Part shown: positions 39,073 through 49,434 of the stretch, in pieces
Layout of the letters: each line of letters begins with the position of its first letter
Position numbering within the stretch: position 1 is the first letter of the stretch
Origin: an uncultured bacterium
Lineage (GTDB): Bacteria > Electryoneota > AABM5-125-24 > Hatepunaeales > Hatepunaeaceae
Reading direction: 5' to 3'
Assembly: GCA_964387885.1 (NCBI GenBank)
Contig: CAYLYZ010000001.1
Location: 175,903 to 239,902, forward strand
DNA: 64,000 bases
Translations under genes and position numbers: made by a program
Notes under the pieces: model-generated
Database searches by the model: none
Seen by the model: the letters and a program-made list of their open reading frames with translations, nothing else
What the model was told of the DNA's origin: nothing

Positions 39073-39123
39073 GCGGATATATTTATCCGCATAGAGGTTA
39101 TTTGACGGATAAATATATCCGTC
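39073..39123. promoter_or_regulatory. Two tandem palindromes sharing the half-site CGGATA/TATCCG (GCGGATAtattTATCCGC and GACGGATAaataTATCCGTC) between ggt and cutA.
   Basis: I read them directly. Both have 7-8 bp perfect arms with 4 nt spacers and no downstream T-run, so they look more like an operator than a terminator. Confidence 0.4.
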
Positions 39124-39157
39124 CTCCCTGAAACAGATAAACTTGATGCAATAGGAT

Positions 39158-39481
39158 ATGAAGCAGACAGAAGTAATCATTATCTTGATAACTGTCCCGG
39201 ACAAACAAACAGCTAATCACCTGGCCTCAATATTAATTGAGAACAGGCTTGCGGCTTGTGTGAATGTTATTCCGGGCATAACCTCACACTTCCGTTGGGA
39301 AGGTAAAGTCTGTTCAGATTCGGAATTAATGCTAATCATAAAAACCCGACAAAGCATATTTAAGATTGTAGAAAAATTAATCCTTGATGAACATCCCTAC
39401 GATGTACCGGAAATTATTGCTTTGAATCTCACAGATGGGTTTCCCGGTTATCTCAACTGGGTTATTAACGAAACATCTTAA
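39158..39481 (+). CDS. cutA: Divalent-cation tolerance protein CutA.
   Basis: A 107 aa protein with VIIILITVPDKQTANHLASILIENRLAACVNVIPGITSHFRWEGKV, the CutA1 fold. Confidence 0.85.
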   Translation: MKQTEVIIILITVPDKQTANHLASILIENRLAACVNVIPGITSHFRWEGKVCSDSELMLIIKTRQSIFKIVEKLILDEHPYDVPEIIALNLTDGFPGYLNWVINETS

Positions 39482-39526
39482 CCGGCTGAGTAGTAAAACA
39501 AAGAAAACTTTAACAGAGGATTCAAA

Positions 39527-40471
39527 ATGGCAGATACAGTGGAACACCATCGGATTATAATCATCGGTTCTGGTCCAGCCGGACTTACCGCTGCAATATA
39601 CAATGCAAGAGCAGATCTCCCACCACTTGTGATTGAGGGAATACAACCTGGTGGTCAGTTGACCATAACCACAGAAGTTGAAAATTATCCGGGATTTCCT
39701 GAAGGAATAATGGGACCGCAATTAATGGACCAAATGCGTGCCCAGGCCGAGAGATTCGGCACTAAATTTCTGACTGATGCCGTAACATCAGTCGATCTGA
39801 ACATTCGCCCGTTTTCAATCAACGTTGGGAAAAAACTGTTCACATCAGATATTGTAATTATCTCAACCGGAGCATCGGCGAGATTACTTGGGCTTGAATC
39901 GGAATCAAAGTTAATGGGTCATGGGGTTTCAGCCTGTGCAACATGCGATGGCTGGTTTTTCAGAGAGAAGGAGATTATCGTTATTGGCGGTGGTGACACA
40001 GCCTGTGAAGAAGCAAATTTCCTTACCAAGTTTGCCAGCAAGGTAACAATTATTCACAGACGAGATGAATTGCGCGCTTCTAAGATAATGCAGAAACAAG
40101 TCTTTGACAATCCGAAAATCGAGATGAAGTGGTTCAGCACCGTATCAGATTTTATCGAATCTCCTCAGGGAATGCTGGAAGCGGTTTTACTAAAAGATCC
40201 TCGAACGGGTGATGTAGAGAGATTTGCTTGTGATGGAGCCTTTATTGGAATAGGACACACTCCGAATACATCGCTATTCGAGGGCCAACTTGAAATGGAT
40301 GAGAACAATTACATAATTACAGCACCTGACAGCACAAAAACAAGCGTACCAGGTGTATTTGCATGCGGTGACGTTCAGGATCACACATACCGTCAAGCAA
40401 TTACCGCAGCAGGATCCGGCTGCATGGCAGCAATTGAAGCGGAACGCCTGTTAATATCCGAAGAGGATTGA
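39527..40471 (+). CDS. trxB: Thioredoxin-disulfide reductase.
   Basis: It has [16 protein letters not shown] (FAD), the redox-active CATCDG and an NADPH Rossmann motif ([10 protein letters not shown]). Confidence 0.95.
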   Translation: MADTVEHHRIIIIGSGPAGLTAAIYNARADLPPLVIEGIQPGGQLTITTEVENYPGFPEGIMGPQLMDQMRAQAERFGTKFLTDAVTSVDLNIRPFSINVGKKLFTSDIVIISTGASARLLGLESESKLMGHGVSACATCDGWFFREKEIIVIGGGDTACEEANFLTKFASKVTIIHRRDELRASKIMQKQVFDNPKIEMKWFSTVSDFIESPQGMLEAVLLKDPRTGDVERFACDGAFIGIGHTPNTSLFEGQLEMDENNYIITAPDSTKTSVPGVFACGDVQDHTYRQAITAAGSGCMAAIEAERLLISEED

Positions 40472-42102
40472 AAATGAAGAAACCAGCAGCAGTTAAGACC
40501 GTAGTATTTCTTTTTGTCCTGATACTTACCGCATTACAATTTATTGGTTGTTCAAAGGCGCGTAGTGATTACAAATCGGGAATTTACTGGATGGAGAAAG
40601 AGAACAACTGGCAAATGGCGGTTCGATCCTTCAGACGAGCTCTCGAGAAAGATCCAACCAGTTGGAAGATTAATCATAAGATGATTCAGGCAATGTCCAT
40701 GGGTGAAGATCCGAAAGTTTTTGAATCACAATTGAAGAAAACATTAGCACTCTTTCCTGACAGTGCAAGAGCCACATCTATCGCTAAACCCGGTTCAGAA
40801 TTATTGGGCGAAGCGCGCTATAACAAAGTCGCCGGTGGAGTTGAATTGATGCATCTGGGAACCCAGATATCAAGGGACAGAGACAACGAAGTTCTCCTTG
40901 CGAAGAGCATTATGGCTGCTTGCCGGGTAACTGACACACTTGCTGCAATTGATTACTTTAAACGGTTCATCAGTTTGGCCGATGGTAAAAGTATTTCGGA
41001 CAGTATTCTTCAGGAGTTGAGGTTCTTTATAGGACATTCCCGATTAGATTGGATAACTCTTGAAGCACAGGTTTCCAATCATCCTGATGATCTTGACGCC
41101 CGACTTGCACAACTTGATGCCGGAATACTTGCAGGGGACTCAACGGGTGCTGTCGGCAGACTTATCAAGCTGAGTCAGATCATTCCCAATGCGGTTGACA
41201 ATCAGGAATTAGCTAATAGATATGGACTTTTGGTTGATTATGATCCGTTCCAGACAAAGGAATTAGCTCGAGGGTGGGAAGGTTCGCTATCTCCTGATGG
41301 AAAGAGTATTATTTATGTCAAAGACATGGGTGAAGAGGATTGGTCTGACCTTTATATCTATCAAATGCCTGTTTCCGGGGGTAGCGGAAAACCTGTTCTT
41401 AAAGCAGCTCAGCAGAATCTGGACATCCTCGCCTGGCCTCGCTATTCACCTGATGGCAAATGGATATATTTCTACGGATCCAAAGATAAATCCTGGAAAC
41501 CCGGGAAAGTTGGCAGATTCCACCTGTTCCGGGTTAAACCAAGATACAACTCCACTCCTCAAAGACTCACCGACGCCGATCTGATTATTACAGATCCGTA
41601 TTTCGAGAAAGGAGGCAGCGTATTGCTTGTTCGCCGTGATGTCGGCAGTGTTCGCTCATCCGTGGAGATTATCAGGGTACATCCGGAGAAACGGCAGATT
41701 GATGCTGTAAGCAGGATTGGAGAACCGGTGAGTAGTGCGACCTTTAACCATACAGGCGATTCTCTGATATTCGTAACTGATAGAGGAATATTCAGACGAT
41801 CGATAGATGGTGGTATAATCTCAGTTGATCTCCCCTGGACAAATGTTTCATTCCCACAAATTTCACCTGATGGTAAACTTCTGAAACTCTGTAATTCATC
41901 AGACCAACTCATTATTGTTTCCAGGGAAAATCCTGTACCGGTATTCCTGGGATCGGTTTCCTCGCCCTGGATTACCTTTGGGAAAGATAACCAGATCTAT
42001 ACCAGCAGGTTCAGTAGAAAATGGAAAAGACTCGTGCGTTTAAAATACGACGCCCCATTAATTAATACTAAAGATTTCAAATCCAAGATAAAGGCAAATT
42101 AG
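40468..42102 (+). CDS. Lipoprotein with an N-terminal TPR-like helical region and a C-terminal TolB-like (PD40/WD40-like) beta-propeller.
   Basis: It has a lipobox LQFIGCSK and repeated xSPDGKxIxF propeller signatures ([32 protein letters not shown]). Confidence 0.6.
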   Translation: MKMKKPAAVKTVVFLFVLILTALQFIGCSKARSDYKSGIYWMEKENNWQMAVRSFRRALEKDPTSWKINHKMIQAMSMGEDPKVFESQLKKTLALFPDSARATSIAKPGSELLGEARYNKVAGGVELMHLGTQISRDRDNEVLLAKSIMAACRVTDTLAAIDYFKRFISLADGKSISDSILQELRFFIGHSRLDWITLEAQVSNHPDDLDARLAQLDAGILAGDSTGAVGRLIKLSQIIPNAVDNQELANRYGLLVDYDPFQTKELARGWEGSLSPDGKSIIYVKDMGEEDWSDLYIYQMPVSGGSGKPVLKAAQQNLDILAWPRYSPDGKWIYFYGSKDKSWKPGKVGRFHLFRVKPRYNSTPQRLTDADLIITDPYFEKGGSVLLVRRDVGSVRSSVEIIRVHPEKRQIDAVSRIGEPVSSATFNHTGDSLIFVTDRGIFRRSIDGGIISVDLPWTNVSFPQISPDGKLLKLCNSSDQLIIVSRENPVPVFLGSVSSPWITFGKDNQIYTSRFSRKWKRLVRLKYDAPLINTKDFKSKIKAN

Positions 42103-42103
42103 C

Positions 42104-42943
42104 ATGCAGATAGGTAAGTTTAAGTTAACAGCACTCGAATTCGGAAGATTCAAGCTGGATGGTGGAGCAATGTTCGGTGTTATCCCCAGAGTACTTTGGG
42201 AAAGACAACATCCTGCTGATGAAAAAAACCGGATAGATATGGCTCTGCGATGCTTATTAATTGAAATAGATGACCGTAAGATTCTGGTTGACACGGGATT
42301 TGGACAGGACCGAACGGAGAAGTTTCGCAAAATATTCCAATTTGATGGTGATAATAATTATTTGGAAAAATCCCTGTCTGAGGTAGGATTAACAACTGCC
42401 GATATAACAGATGTTATTTTAACACACCTGCATTTCGACCATGATGGTGGAGCTACGATTAATAAGGATAGTAATCCTATCCCAGCCTTCCCGAATGCCA
42501 GGTACTATATTCAACAAAAACAACTCGATCATGCTCGCGCTCGATTTGAGCGAGATAAAGCAAGTTATTTACCGGAAGATTTCGAACCTCTATTCGAAGC
42601 GAATGTCGTAGAGATTGTTGATGGTGAGTGGAAGCTTCTCCCGGGAATTGACTTTTTGATCTGCAATGGTCATACACCTGCCATGCAACTGGCTCGAGTG
42701 CGGGATCATGGACTTACGCTGGTTTACGGAGCTGATCTGATCCCATTGGCTTCGCAATTTCCCTTGCCCTGGATTATGTCATATGACCTTTATCCGGTGC
42801 AAACACTTGAGGAAAAACGAAGGATATTGACCGAAGCTGCAGAAGAAGATTGGATGTTCTTTTTCGAACACGATCCAGAGATTGTGATTGGGAAAGTTAG
42901 AAAAACACCTAAGGGATTTGCATTAGCCGAATTGGAGCAGTAA
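42104..42943 (+). CDS. MBL-fold metallo-hydrolase.
   Basis: THLHFDHDGG (HxHxDH zinc motif) and downstream His/Asp ligands are present. Confidence 0.8.
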   Translation: MQIGKFKLTALEFGRFKLDGGAMFGVIPRVLWERQHPADEKNRIDMALRCLLIEIDDRKILVDTGFGQDRTEKFRKIFQFDGDNNYLEKSLSEVGLTTADITDVILTHLHFDHDGGATINKDSNPIPAFPNARYYIQQKQLDHARARFERDKASYLPEDFEPLFEANVVEIVDGEWKLLPGIDFLICNGHTPAMQLARVRDHGLTLVYGADLIPLASQFPLPWIMSYDLYPVQTLEEKRRILTEAAEEDWMFFFEHDPEIVIGKVRKTPKGFALAELEQ

Positions 42944-42972
42944 AGCCTGTCCTGCAAATCTCAACTAATAAT

Positions 42973-43003
42973 AAAAAAACCCGTCCATCCGGACGGTTTT
43001 TTT
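42973..43003. terminator. Bidirectional rho-independent terminator between convergent genes.
   Basis: The stem-loop AAAAAAA-CCGTCC-atcc-GGACGG-TTTTTTT has an A-run upstream and a T-run downstream. Confidence 0.75.
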
Positions 43004-43027
43004 ATCTATTCTTAAGTTAGGATGATC

Positions 43028-44170
43028 TTAGCGGCTTTGCCTCTGACGAAGTTGTATTTTGAGTCGTTCAAGTTCACGTTCGGCAACGATTCGCTCCTGA
43101 CGAATCTTTTCGAGATCAACATCAACCGAATTAACCTGTTTACCTTCGTCTTCGATTGCCCATTTGAACATATCATAACGTTTATCAACAAGTCCCTGGC
43201 TCTTCGTATAGACCGGTTTATCCAACTGTGAAGGCAATCCTAAACCAACGATTGAATGCATCGGAGGAGCAAAGTTGAAACGGGCTGTAAATCTCCAGGT
43301 CGGGTAATTGTAATATTCAGACATGTCAAGGCCATCCGGGGGAATTGTCGTATCCTCATCTCCATTTACGAGAATATCAACACCAAACGTATACCGGATT
43401 CGTAAATAGGTTTGTGTACGAATCATTGGAGTAACATATATATAGTCTTCCCTGCCTAACACATGCCAGCCTGGTGAGTCTATATAATTCTGACCATGAA
43501 CCTCAAGACCAAGATCAAATGGGATTTTATTAAAAGGAACTAATCCACTGACTAGCCAGGATACAGAGCTTGTCGATATATCATCTCCACGGGAATCATC
43601 ATTATGATAGCGGAATCCAACATTTCCGTGGAAAGACAATCCTTCATCCGGGAACAATGGTTTATCATAATATGATACCATTGCGTTAAGCTCATATTCC
43701 AAATTATCACTTGAATATGGCTCGAATTGAATATCATTATATTTAGCAATCCGATAAGTTAATACCGGCATGAATCCCAGAAACGTATTTCTCGCAATTC
43801 GGACATTACCATACTTCATGCGGAAGTTGATATCACCTGGAATCATAAATCCATCATCGCCCTCATCAGTGCCAATCGTCTCGTTGTAATCCTGATAGAT
43901 AACCTGACTGAAGGAGAATTCCGCATTTTTAGAATAGCCGTAGGTTCCAGATATTGCTACGGTGCGATTATATAAAACAGAATCGGTGGTGTTTCTGTAT
44001 CCCCCCACGTAACCACGAAAATAAACCCCAACCTCTGTTGTTTCTCGAGGTATGACAAGCGCAGAGTTCGTGTTCAGATAGCCAAAACCACCAGAGAACT
44101 GTGCTCCGATTGAGGGCACTACCATTAACATCAGCAATGCGATTATTAAAACATATGAATATCGATTCAT
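43028..44170 (-). CDS. Hypothetical outer-membrane (beta-barrel-like) protein with a C-terminal charged coiled-coil tail.
   Basis: It has a signal peptide and an amphipathic beta-strand pattern rich in aromatic and Gly residues, and ends ...QERIVAERELERLKIQLRQRQSR. Confidence 0.45.
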   Translation of the reverse strand: MNRYSYVLIIALLMLMVVPSIGAQFSGGFGYLNTNSALVIPRETTEVGVYFRGYVGGYRNTTDSVLYNRTVAISGTYGYSKNAEFSFSQVIYQDYNETIGTDEGDDGFMIPGDINFRMKYGNVRIARNTFLGFMPVLTYRIAKYNDIQFEPYSSDNLEYELNAMVSYYDKPLFPDEGLSFHGNVGFRYHNDDSRGDDISTSSVSWLVSGLVPFNKIPFDLGLEVHGQNYIDSPGWHVLGREDYIYVTPMIRTQTYLRIRYTFGVDILVNGDEDTTIPPDGLDMSEYYNYPTWRFTARFNFAPPMHSIVGLGLPSQLDKPVYTKSQGLVDKRYDMFKWAIEDEGKQVNSVDVDLEKIRQERIVAERELERLKIQLRQRQSR

Positions 44171-44224
44171 TTTAATCCTCTAAATCTTGAAAACAGGGAA
44201 TTAATTCTTCGGGTTGACTTTGTG

Positions 44225-45010
44225 TCAGCCACCAATTCTTAACCCGGCTCGAATCTGAAGGTAATCAGTGCGGCCATCAGCATCAGACTTTTTATCTTCG
44301 TCCCATACTCTTGCGGGTTGTCCCCAATAAATAACTGCTCCGTTGTCTTTTCCGATATCAACGTAATTATAAGCAGCAGACAGGTCTAAGAACAGATATT
44401 TTTGAAGTTGATAAGAAACGCCAATAGCGAGTTGAAATCCGACATCTGATCCATCAGCCTTATCTGACCATTCATCAGTGTGAACTTGTTGAGTCATATT
44501 TGGTGCGTTAATTTCTCTGACAAGATCTTGAGCTCGAGCAGAATTCCATAGTTGTACGACCATTGCAAAAGAACCATACCCTCTCAACTGTCTGGTATTC
44601 AAAATACTTATAAGACGTTCAGAATACAATCCGAAACCGATGGGAACCTGTCTGTAGGAACCGGATTGACTGCTGTAAGTGATTTCAGCATAAGGTTGAA
44701 ATTCTTCAGGCAAATTCTGAAGGGTTGAGGTGCTGAGAATTTCATCTTGTGAAAGATCTGTAAAATACGATTTCCTGATTCCTGTGAAGAGTAAAATTCC
44801 GTTACCGGGAGAAATCTGGTAGCGTAAACTGATCTCGTTCCCGATTGCCGGCTTCCATCTTTCACCCCACCACCCAACAGGTAATCCAATACCACTGGTG
44901 ATGCCAACATTTACCTTCGCAGGTGCTGCTGCAGATTGTTGATTACTCAGAAGAATCAGCAGAAAAACGACGATTGTAAGAAGTGTGTATCTTTGAAGCT
45001 TTATTAGCAT
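44225..45010 (-). CDS. Hypothetical outer-membrane beta-barrel protein.
   Basis: It has a signal peptide (LLSNQQSAAA), alternating hydrophobic beta-strand periodicity and a terminal aromatic-rich strand. Confidence 0.4.
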   Translation of the reverse strand: MLIKLQRYTLLTIVVFLLILLSNQQSAAAPAKVNVGITSGIGLPVGWWGERWKPAIGNEISLRYQISPGNGILLFTGIRKSYFTDLSQDEILSTSTLQNLPEEFQPYAEITYSSQSGSYRQVPIGFGLYSERLISILNTRQLRGYGSFAMVVQLWNSARAQDLVREINAPNMTQQVHTDEWSDKADGSDVGFQLAIGVSYQLQKYLFLDLSAAYNYVDIGKDNGAVIYWGQPARVWDEDKKSDADGRTDYLQIRAGLRIGG

Positions 45011-45301
45011 TTACTTTGTAACCTTATGGCTTTGCACTTTTAGCTGATTACATGAATATAAATCTGCAAGTCAACATTGTCAAGCGAAAGACCAGTACTT
45101 TATCACTTTTGACAATGTGAACAGTCATTAATCCCTGTCCGAAGCCAAAATAGCGCTTAAATTTATTGAATAACTCACACTTGAATATACACATCTAATT
45201 GCGGAGTAACCACATTTCGAATATATTATTTGAACATATCTAATATCATTTAGCAATGATCAGGTTTCGATTAGTGTTTTTTTTGTCCGGGGTAATCCAG
45301 A

Positions 45302-46390
45302 ATGAATTTCGAAAAAGTTAGAATTCTCGATTGGCTTAAAACAGCAGCAGAAGTCCCTCTCGATTTGACAGCCAGCGGTATGTCTTCACTTGAAAATCTG
45401 TCAGAATTAGGCTTGAAAGTCGATGATTTACCAATCAGCGGAGATAACTTCTACGGATATAAACCGCTTCGTGAATATTTAGCTCGTGCTTATAAAACTG
45501 TCCCGGAGCGTATAACAATTGGTGCCGGAGCAAGTATCTGCAACTTTGCGGCTATGAGCGTTCTTTATCAGAGAACTGGCTGGGTTACGATTGAAAGCCC
45601 AGCTTATGAACCCTTTATCACACTGACAAAAGCAGTTACTCAAACCTCTCCTGAAAGGATCTTTAGAAATCCGGAAAACAATTACCGCATTAATCCCGAT
45701 GATCTACTTTTCCGGGATGGCAGACCGCGGATAATGTTAATGGCAAACCCTCATAATCCAACCGGGCTATACGAGAGCCCTGGAACAATTGGAAAAATAG
45801 CAAAACAAATTGAGTCTGATAATGGTTGGATGATTATTGATGAAGTATTTATGCCATTTCTCGAGAATGGCGATCAGATATCCTGTTCACAACTCAACAA
45901 GCGGATTGTGTCAACCTGCAGTCTAACAAAAGCCTGGGGACTATGGTCTCTCAGAATTGGCTGGATAATTGGTCAGGAGGATGTCATATATGATATAGAA
46001 AGGACATTTGATAATCTTCTTGTGGTTCAACCATTTATAACTGAATTCATCGCCTATCATGTCTTGCACGAGACGGACATTGGGAAGAATCTTCTTCAGG
46101 CTGCAAGAGATATTAGCAGGAAACACCTCGAAATAGTGACCGGTTATCTCGACCAATTACCTGAAGTAACATACATTACTCCCGACTGCGGGATTTCAAT
46201 TTTAGTGAGATTTAAAGATAGTAGAAACACTGATGAGTTTTGTGAAAATCTTGAGTCGGAATATGGAGTTCGCGTTATAAATGGGAGTTATTTTGAAATA
46301 CAGGACGGTTTCAGGATGTCTTTCGGAGTAGATGAAGAAACCCTGAGAAAGGGAATGGAGGCAATTTCACAGGCGATAAGAAACTCATAG
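45302..46390 (+). CDS. PLP-dependent aminotransferase class I/II fold enzyme (CobD/HisC-like size).
   Basis: SLTKAWGLWSLRIGWIIG contains the PLP-lysine segment (SxxK), and the protein has a fold-type I layout over 362 aa. Confidence 0.6.
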   Translation: MNFEKVRILDWLKTAAEVPLDLTASGMSSLENLSELGLKVDDLPISGDNFYGYKPLREYLARAYKTVPERITIGAGASICNFAAMSVLYQRTGWVTIESPAYEPFITLTKAVTQTSPERIFRNPENNYRINPDDLLFRDGRPRIMLMANPHNPTGLYESPGTIGKIAKQIESDNGWMIIDEVFMPFLENGDQISCSQLNKRIVSTCSLTKAWGLWSLRIGWIIGQEDVIYDIERTFDNLLVVQPFITEFIAYHVLHETDIGKNLLQAARDISRKHLEIVTGYLDQLPEVTYITPDCGISILVRFKDSRNTDEFCENLESEYGVRVINGSYFEIQDGFRMSFGVDEETLRKGMEAISQAIRNS

Positions 46391-46410
46391 TTTCAGATAT
46401 ACTTCCCGGT

Positions 46411-47970
46411 TCATCTCATTCGTTGAGCATCTTCACAGATCGCATCAACCAAACCGGGTACATTAAACACCTTAGCTTCCACGTCAACCTTTAAACCGAG
46501 CTTCTTAGCGAATGCTGATGTCGAAGGTCCGATAGTGGCTATTCTTGATTTTGCGGTGATCTCACGAACGAGTTCAATACCGAGAATTTCGACAAACCTG
46601 TCAACAGTTGAGCCGCTGGTAAATGAGATGTAATCGGGAGGTTGATTGCTAATCTTATCGATCCAATTTTGCTCCCATTGGGCATTTGTATTCCGGTAAA
46701 CATTTAACGTTACAACTTCAGCACCAGCCGTAGAGGACATATCCTCCACAGACTCATCAGCAAGATTACCCCGAACCCTTATCACATAAGAATCCTTAAT
46801 ATCATCCTTTTCAACAAGCGTTTCAGCCAGTCTCTTAACCAGTGCCCTGTCAGGCATCAAATCTGCTTTGAATCCCCTTTCAAGCAATTCTACAGATGTA
46901 CCGTGACCAACTGCAGCTATTTTAAATCTGCCTAACGAACGATTATCAAATCCACGAGAGATGAGCTCTTTGAAGAAATGCCTTACTCCGGCTTCACTGG
47001 TAAATACACACCAACCACCGTGATCAATTGTCTTTTCAAACTTATCCCAGCCTTTGTCATCGCTCACATGAATCAAGGAAATTGTCGGATATGGAATTGG
47101 TGTAGCACCCCGTTCACGTAATAATTCACAGATACTGCCGATTTGTTCCGCCGGTCGAGTTACCAATACGCTTTTTCCGGCAAGGGGCATTTCTTTTGCT
47201 GAAAGTGAAAATTCATCCATCCCTGTAACATCCCCGATGAAAATAAGAGCCGGGGCTACAACTTTGGCTTCTCGGCACTTGTCAACAATTTCAGATAACG
47301 GTGCACGAACTATCTGATGTATGCCTGTAGATGCATTTTGAATTACAGCGATTGATTTTTCCGGATTCATTCCACCCTTTAATAGGCTGAGGACAATCTC
47401 TTTCATCCGCCTGACGCCCATGTAAACTGCAATTGTTCCACCTTCAAGCTTTCCAATCCTTTCCCATGGAACAGGAGCCGAATCAGATTTGGCTTCACTG
47501 CCAGTCGCGAGCATCACCCAGGATGAACTCCGTCTATCTGTCAATGAAAATCCTGCGTCAGCGGCAGCAACAGATGCGGAGGTTATCCCTGGGATGATCT
47601 CATGAGGTATCCCATGCTCTTTTAAGTAGGCTGCTTCCTCGGCAACTCTTCCGAAAACCATGGGATCTCCTCCTTTCAATCGAACAACTCTTAATCCCCT
47701 TTCAGCAAGTTCACAGAGCAATTCGTTCGTTTCCCCTTGCGGTTTCGAGTGGTGTCCCGACCTTTTACCAACATAGTATCTTTTTATATTCTCAGGTAAT
47801 CCAACAACAATTTCAATCGGTATTAAATCATCATAAACAACTGCATCGCAGGAATTAAGGAGATCATATCCCAATTTTGTAATCAATCCGGGATGCCCTG
47901 GTCCGGCACCAACTAAATAGATAATTCCTTTTCCCTGTTGCTTATCCCTCACATTTCCCTCTTTCTTCAT
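46411..47970 (-). CDS. cobA: Bifunctional uroporphyrinogen-III C-methyltransferase and uroporphyrinogen-III synthase (CobA/HemD fusion).
   Basis: The N-terminal SUMT domain (GIIYLVGAGPGHPGLITKLG, VVRLKGGDPMVFGR) is followed by a ~250 aa HemD-like C-terminal domain. Confidence 0.85.
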   Translation of the reverse strand: MKKEGNVRDKQQGKGIIYLVGAGPGHPGLITKLGYDLLNSCDAVVYDDLIPIEIVVGLPENIKRYYVGKRSGHHSKPQGETNELLCELAERGLRVVRLKGGDPMVFGRVAEEAAYLKEHGIPHEIIPGITSASVAAADAGFSLTDRRSSSWVMLATGSEAKSDSAPVPWERIGKLEGGTIAVYMGVRRMKEIVLSLLKGGMNPEKSIAVIQNASTGIHQIVRAPLSEIVDKCREAKVVAPALIFIGDVTGMDEFSLSAKEMPLAGKSVLVTRPAEQIGSICELLRERGATPIPYPTISLIHVSDDKGWDKFEKTIDHGGWCVFTSEAGVRHFFKELISRGFDNRSLGRFKIAAVGHGTSVELLERGFKADLMPDRALVKRLAETLVEKDDIKDSYVIRVRGNLADESVEDMSSTAGAEVVTLNVYRNTNAQWEQNWIDKISNQPPDYISFTSGSTVDRFVEILGIELVREITAKSRIATIGPSTSAFAKKLGLKVDVEAKVFNVPGLVDAICEDAQRMR

Positions 47971-48592
47971 TCTTTTTTAACCACTCTATCCATTCCTGAT
48001 AATCCGCATCTTCTGTTGGTGCAGAGAGATAATTATCTTGATGGATTTTCGAAAACCTCTTCATCAGCTCAATGTTTGCCTCCGATGAGTTATCACTATT
48101 AATGAGCATTTTTCGAAATTGTCCACCTGTTTTAACCCACTGACCCAAACCCTGATTGTTCTCAGCAAGACGATTGCGGATATCTCTTGCTAAAAAGGGT
48201 GCTTTTCCACTCGTTGATACAGCAACAATAAGGGGATCATCCCGCCAAACCGCTGATAGCACTACTGTGCATAATTCAGGATCATCAACGACATTTACAG
48301 GTACATGCAATTCTTGAGCCTCTTCAGAAATCTGTTTGTTTACCTTTCTTGATGCTGTTGCAGCAATTATCAGATCGAATCCCCTGCAGTCTCCATCACG
48401 ATATTCTCGCTTTTCCCATTTTAATTTTTCTTTACTCGACAATTGAGAAATCGTTCGAGTTACTTCAGGAGAAATAATCGAGATTTTACAGCCTGCTTCT
48501 AAAAGCCTCTCGACTTTGTTTGATGCAACATCTCCCCCACCAACAATCAAACAAGTTATGATTTCAGTTTTAAAGAATACCGGAAGAAACAT
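47942..48592 (-). CDS. sirC: Precorrin-2 dehydrogenase / sirohydrochlorin ferrochelatase (siroheme synthase N-terminal domain type).
   Basis: It has an NAD Rossmann motif (CLIVGGGDVASNKVERLLEAGCKISIISPE) and CysG-N/Met8 domain organisation. Confidence 0.75.
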   Translation of the reverse strand: MFLPVFFKTEIITCLIVGGGDVASNKVERLLEAGCKISIISPEVTRTISQLSSKEKLKWEKREYRDGDCRGFDLIIAATASRKVNKQISEEAQELHVPVNVVDDPELCTVVLSAVWRDDPLIVAVSTSGKAPFLARDIRNRLAENNQGLGQWVKTGGQFRKMLINSDNSSEANIELMKRFSKIHQDNYLSAPTEDADYQEWIEWLKKNEERGKCEG

Positions 48593-48628
48593 TTACTTTT
48601 CTATTAGTCCTTTTTGTATAACACATCT

Positions 48629-49111
48629 TTAAACCGCCACAGCCACTGGAATTGGGTTCAATGTCAGGTAAATTATAAGAACAATTGCTACAATTGCAAC
48701 AAATGATCCTGCCACAATTGCAGTTTTAATGAGGGATTCTTTTACCTGTACTTCAAAAACCTCAACTTTAGTTATCGCTGAAAGATCTATCGCTACCCGT
48801 TCAGTCCTATTCTCCGGAGGATTGAAAGAAGAATCAACGAATACATGCGGGATCGTTTTCAAATTATGAGCCTTATAACCTGGTATCCGCCTGTGAATTA
48901 CACCCTTTAACTGATTGTTTTTAAAACTTACATCGGTAATTTGAAATTCACGATTCTGCCAATGTAATATTACTGTCTTTTTACTTACAGGTATACTTTC
49001 ATTAACTGGTAATCTTACAGTAGAATATGAAACACATCCATTAATAAAACATACCAGTAACACTACTGAGATAATCCCAATAACTTTATCATTTAACTTC
49101 ATGCTGAACAC
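48629..49111 (-). CDS. Hypothetical lipoprotein with a C-terminal TM anchor.
   Basis: It has a lipobox FINGCVS and a C-terminal hydrophobic segment TAIVAGSFVAIVAIVLIIYL. I recognise no domain. Confidence 0.4.
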   Translation of the reverse strand: MFSMKLNDKVIGIISVVLLVCFINGCVSYSTVRLPVNESIPVSKKTVILHWQNREFQITDVSFKNNQLKGVIHRRIPGYKAHNLKTIPHVFVDSSFNPPENRTERVAIDLSAITKVEVFEVQVKESLIKTAIVAGSFVAIVAIVLIIYLTLNPIPVAVAV

Positions 49112-49262
49112 CTATCCACGAGTGTTAAAGATTGATATGTGTTTTCGCGGGAACAAACTTATTCTGCGCTCATATCTGTCCAGAATAGAAATCTAAGACA
49201 GAAATGAGTCCATACTTTTTACGAAAGTAATGACCTATGTTCGTCTTTGCAATGAACAAAGA

Positions 49263-49380
49263 GACGAAGCGGTTTTTTGTATATGTAGGGAGTAAAGAGA
49301 TTGCTTCACTTCGTTCGCAAAGATGTTACTTTTTGGAAATGCTGTAACAAACAAATATCCATAATAATTTCCCACTTTCC
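49263..49380. repeat. Copy 2 of the ~100 nt conserved intergenic element (core AGAGATTGCTTCACTTCGTTCGCAAAGA), ~190 nt upstream of the hypothetical lipoprotein/sirC/cobA genes.
   Basis: It aligns at ~80 % with 15687-15787 in the same orientation relative to the downstream minus-strand gene. Confidence 0.6.
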
Positions 49381-49434
49381 AAAGGATATACATAGATGTA
49401 AAAACTAAAGGAAAACAATCGGTACTTCGGGGAT

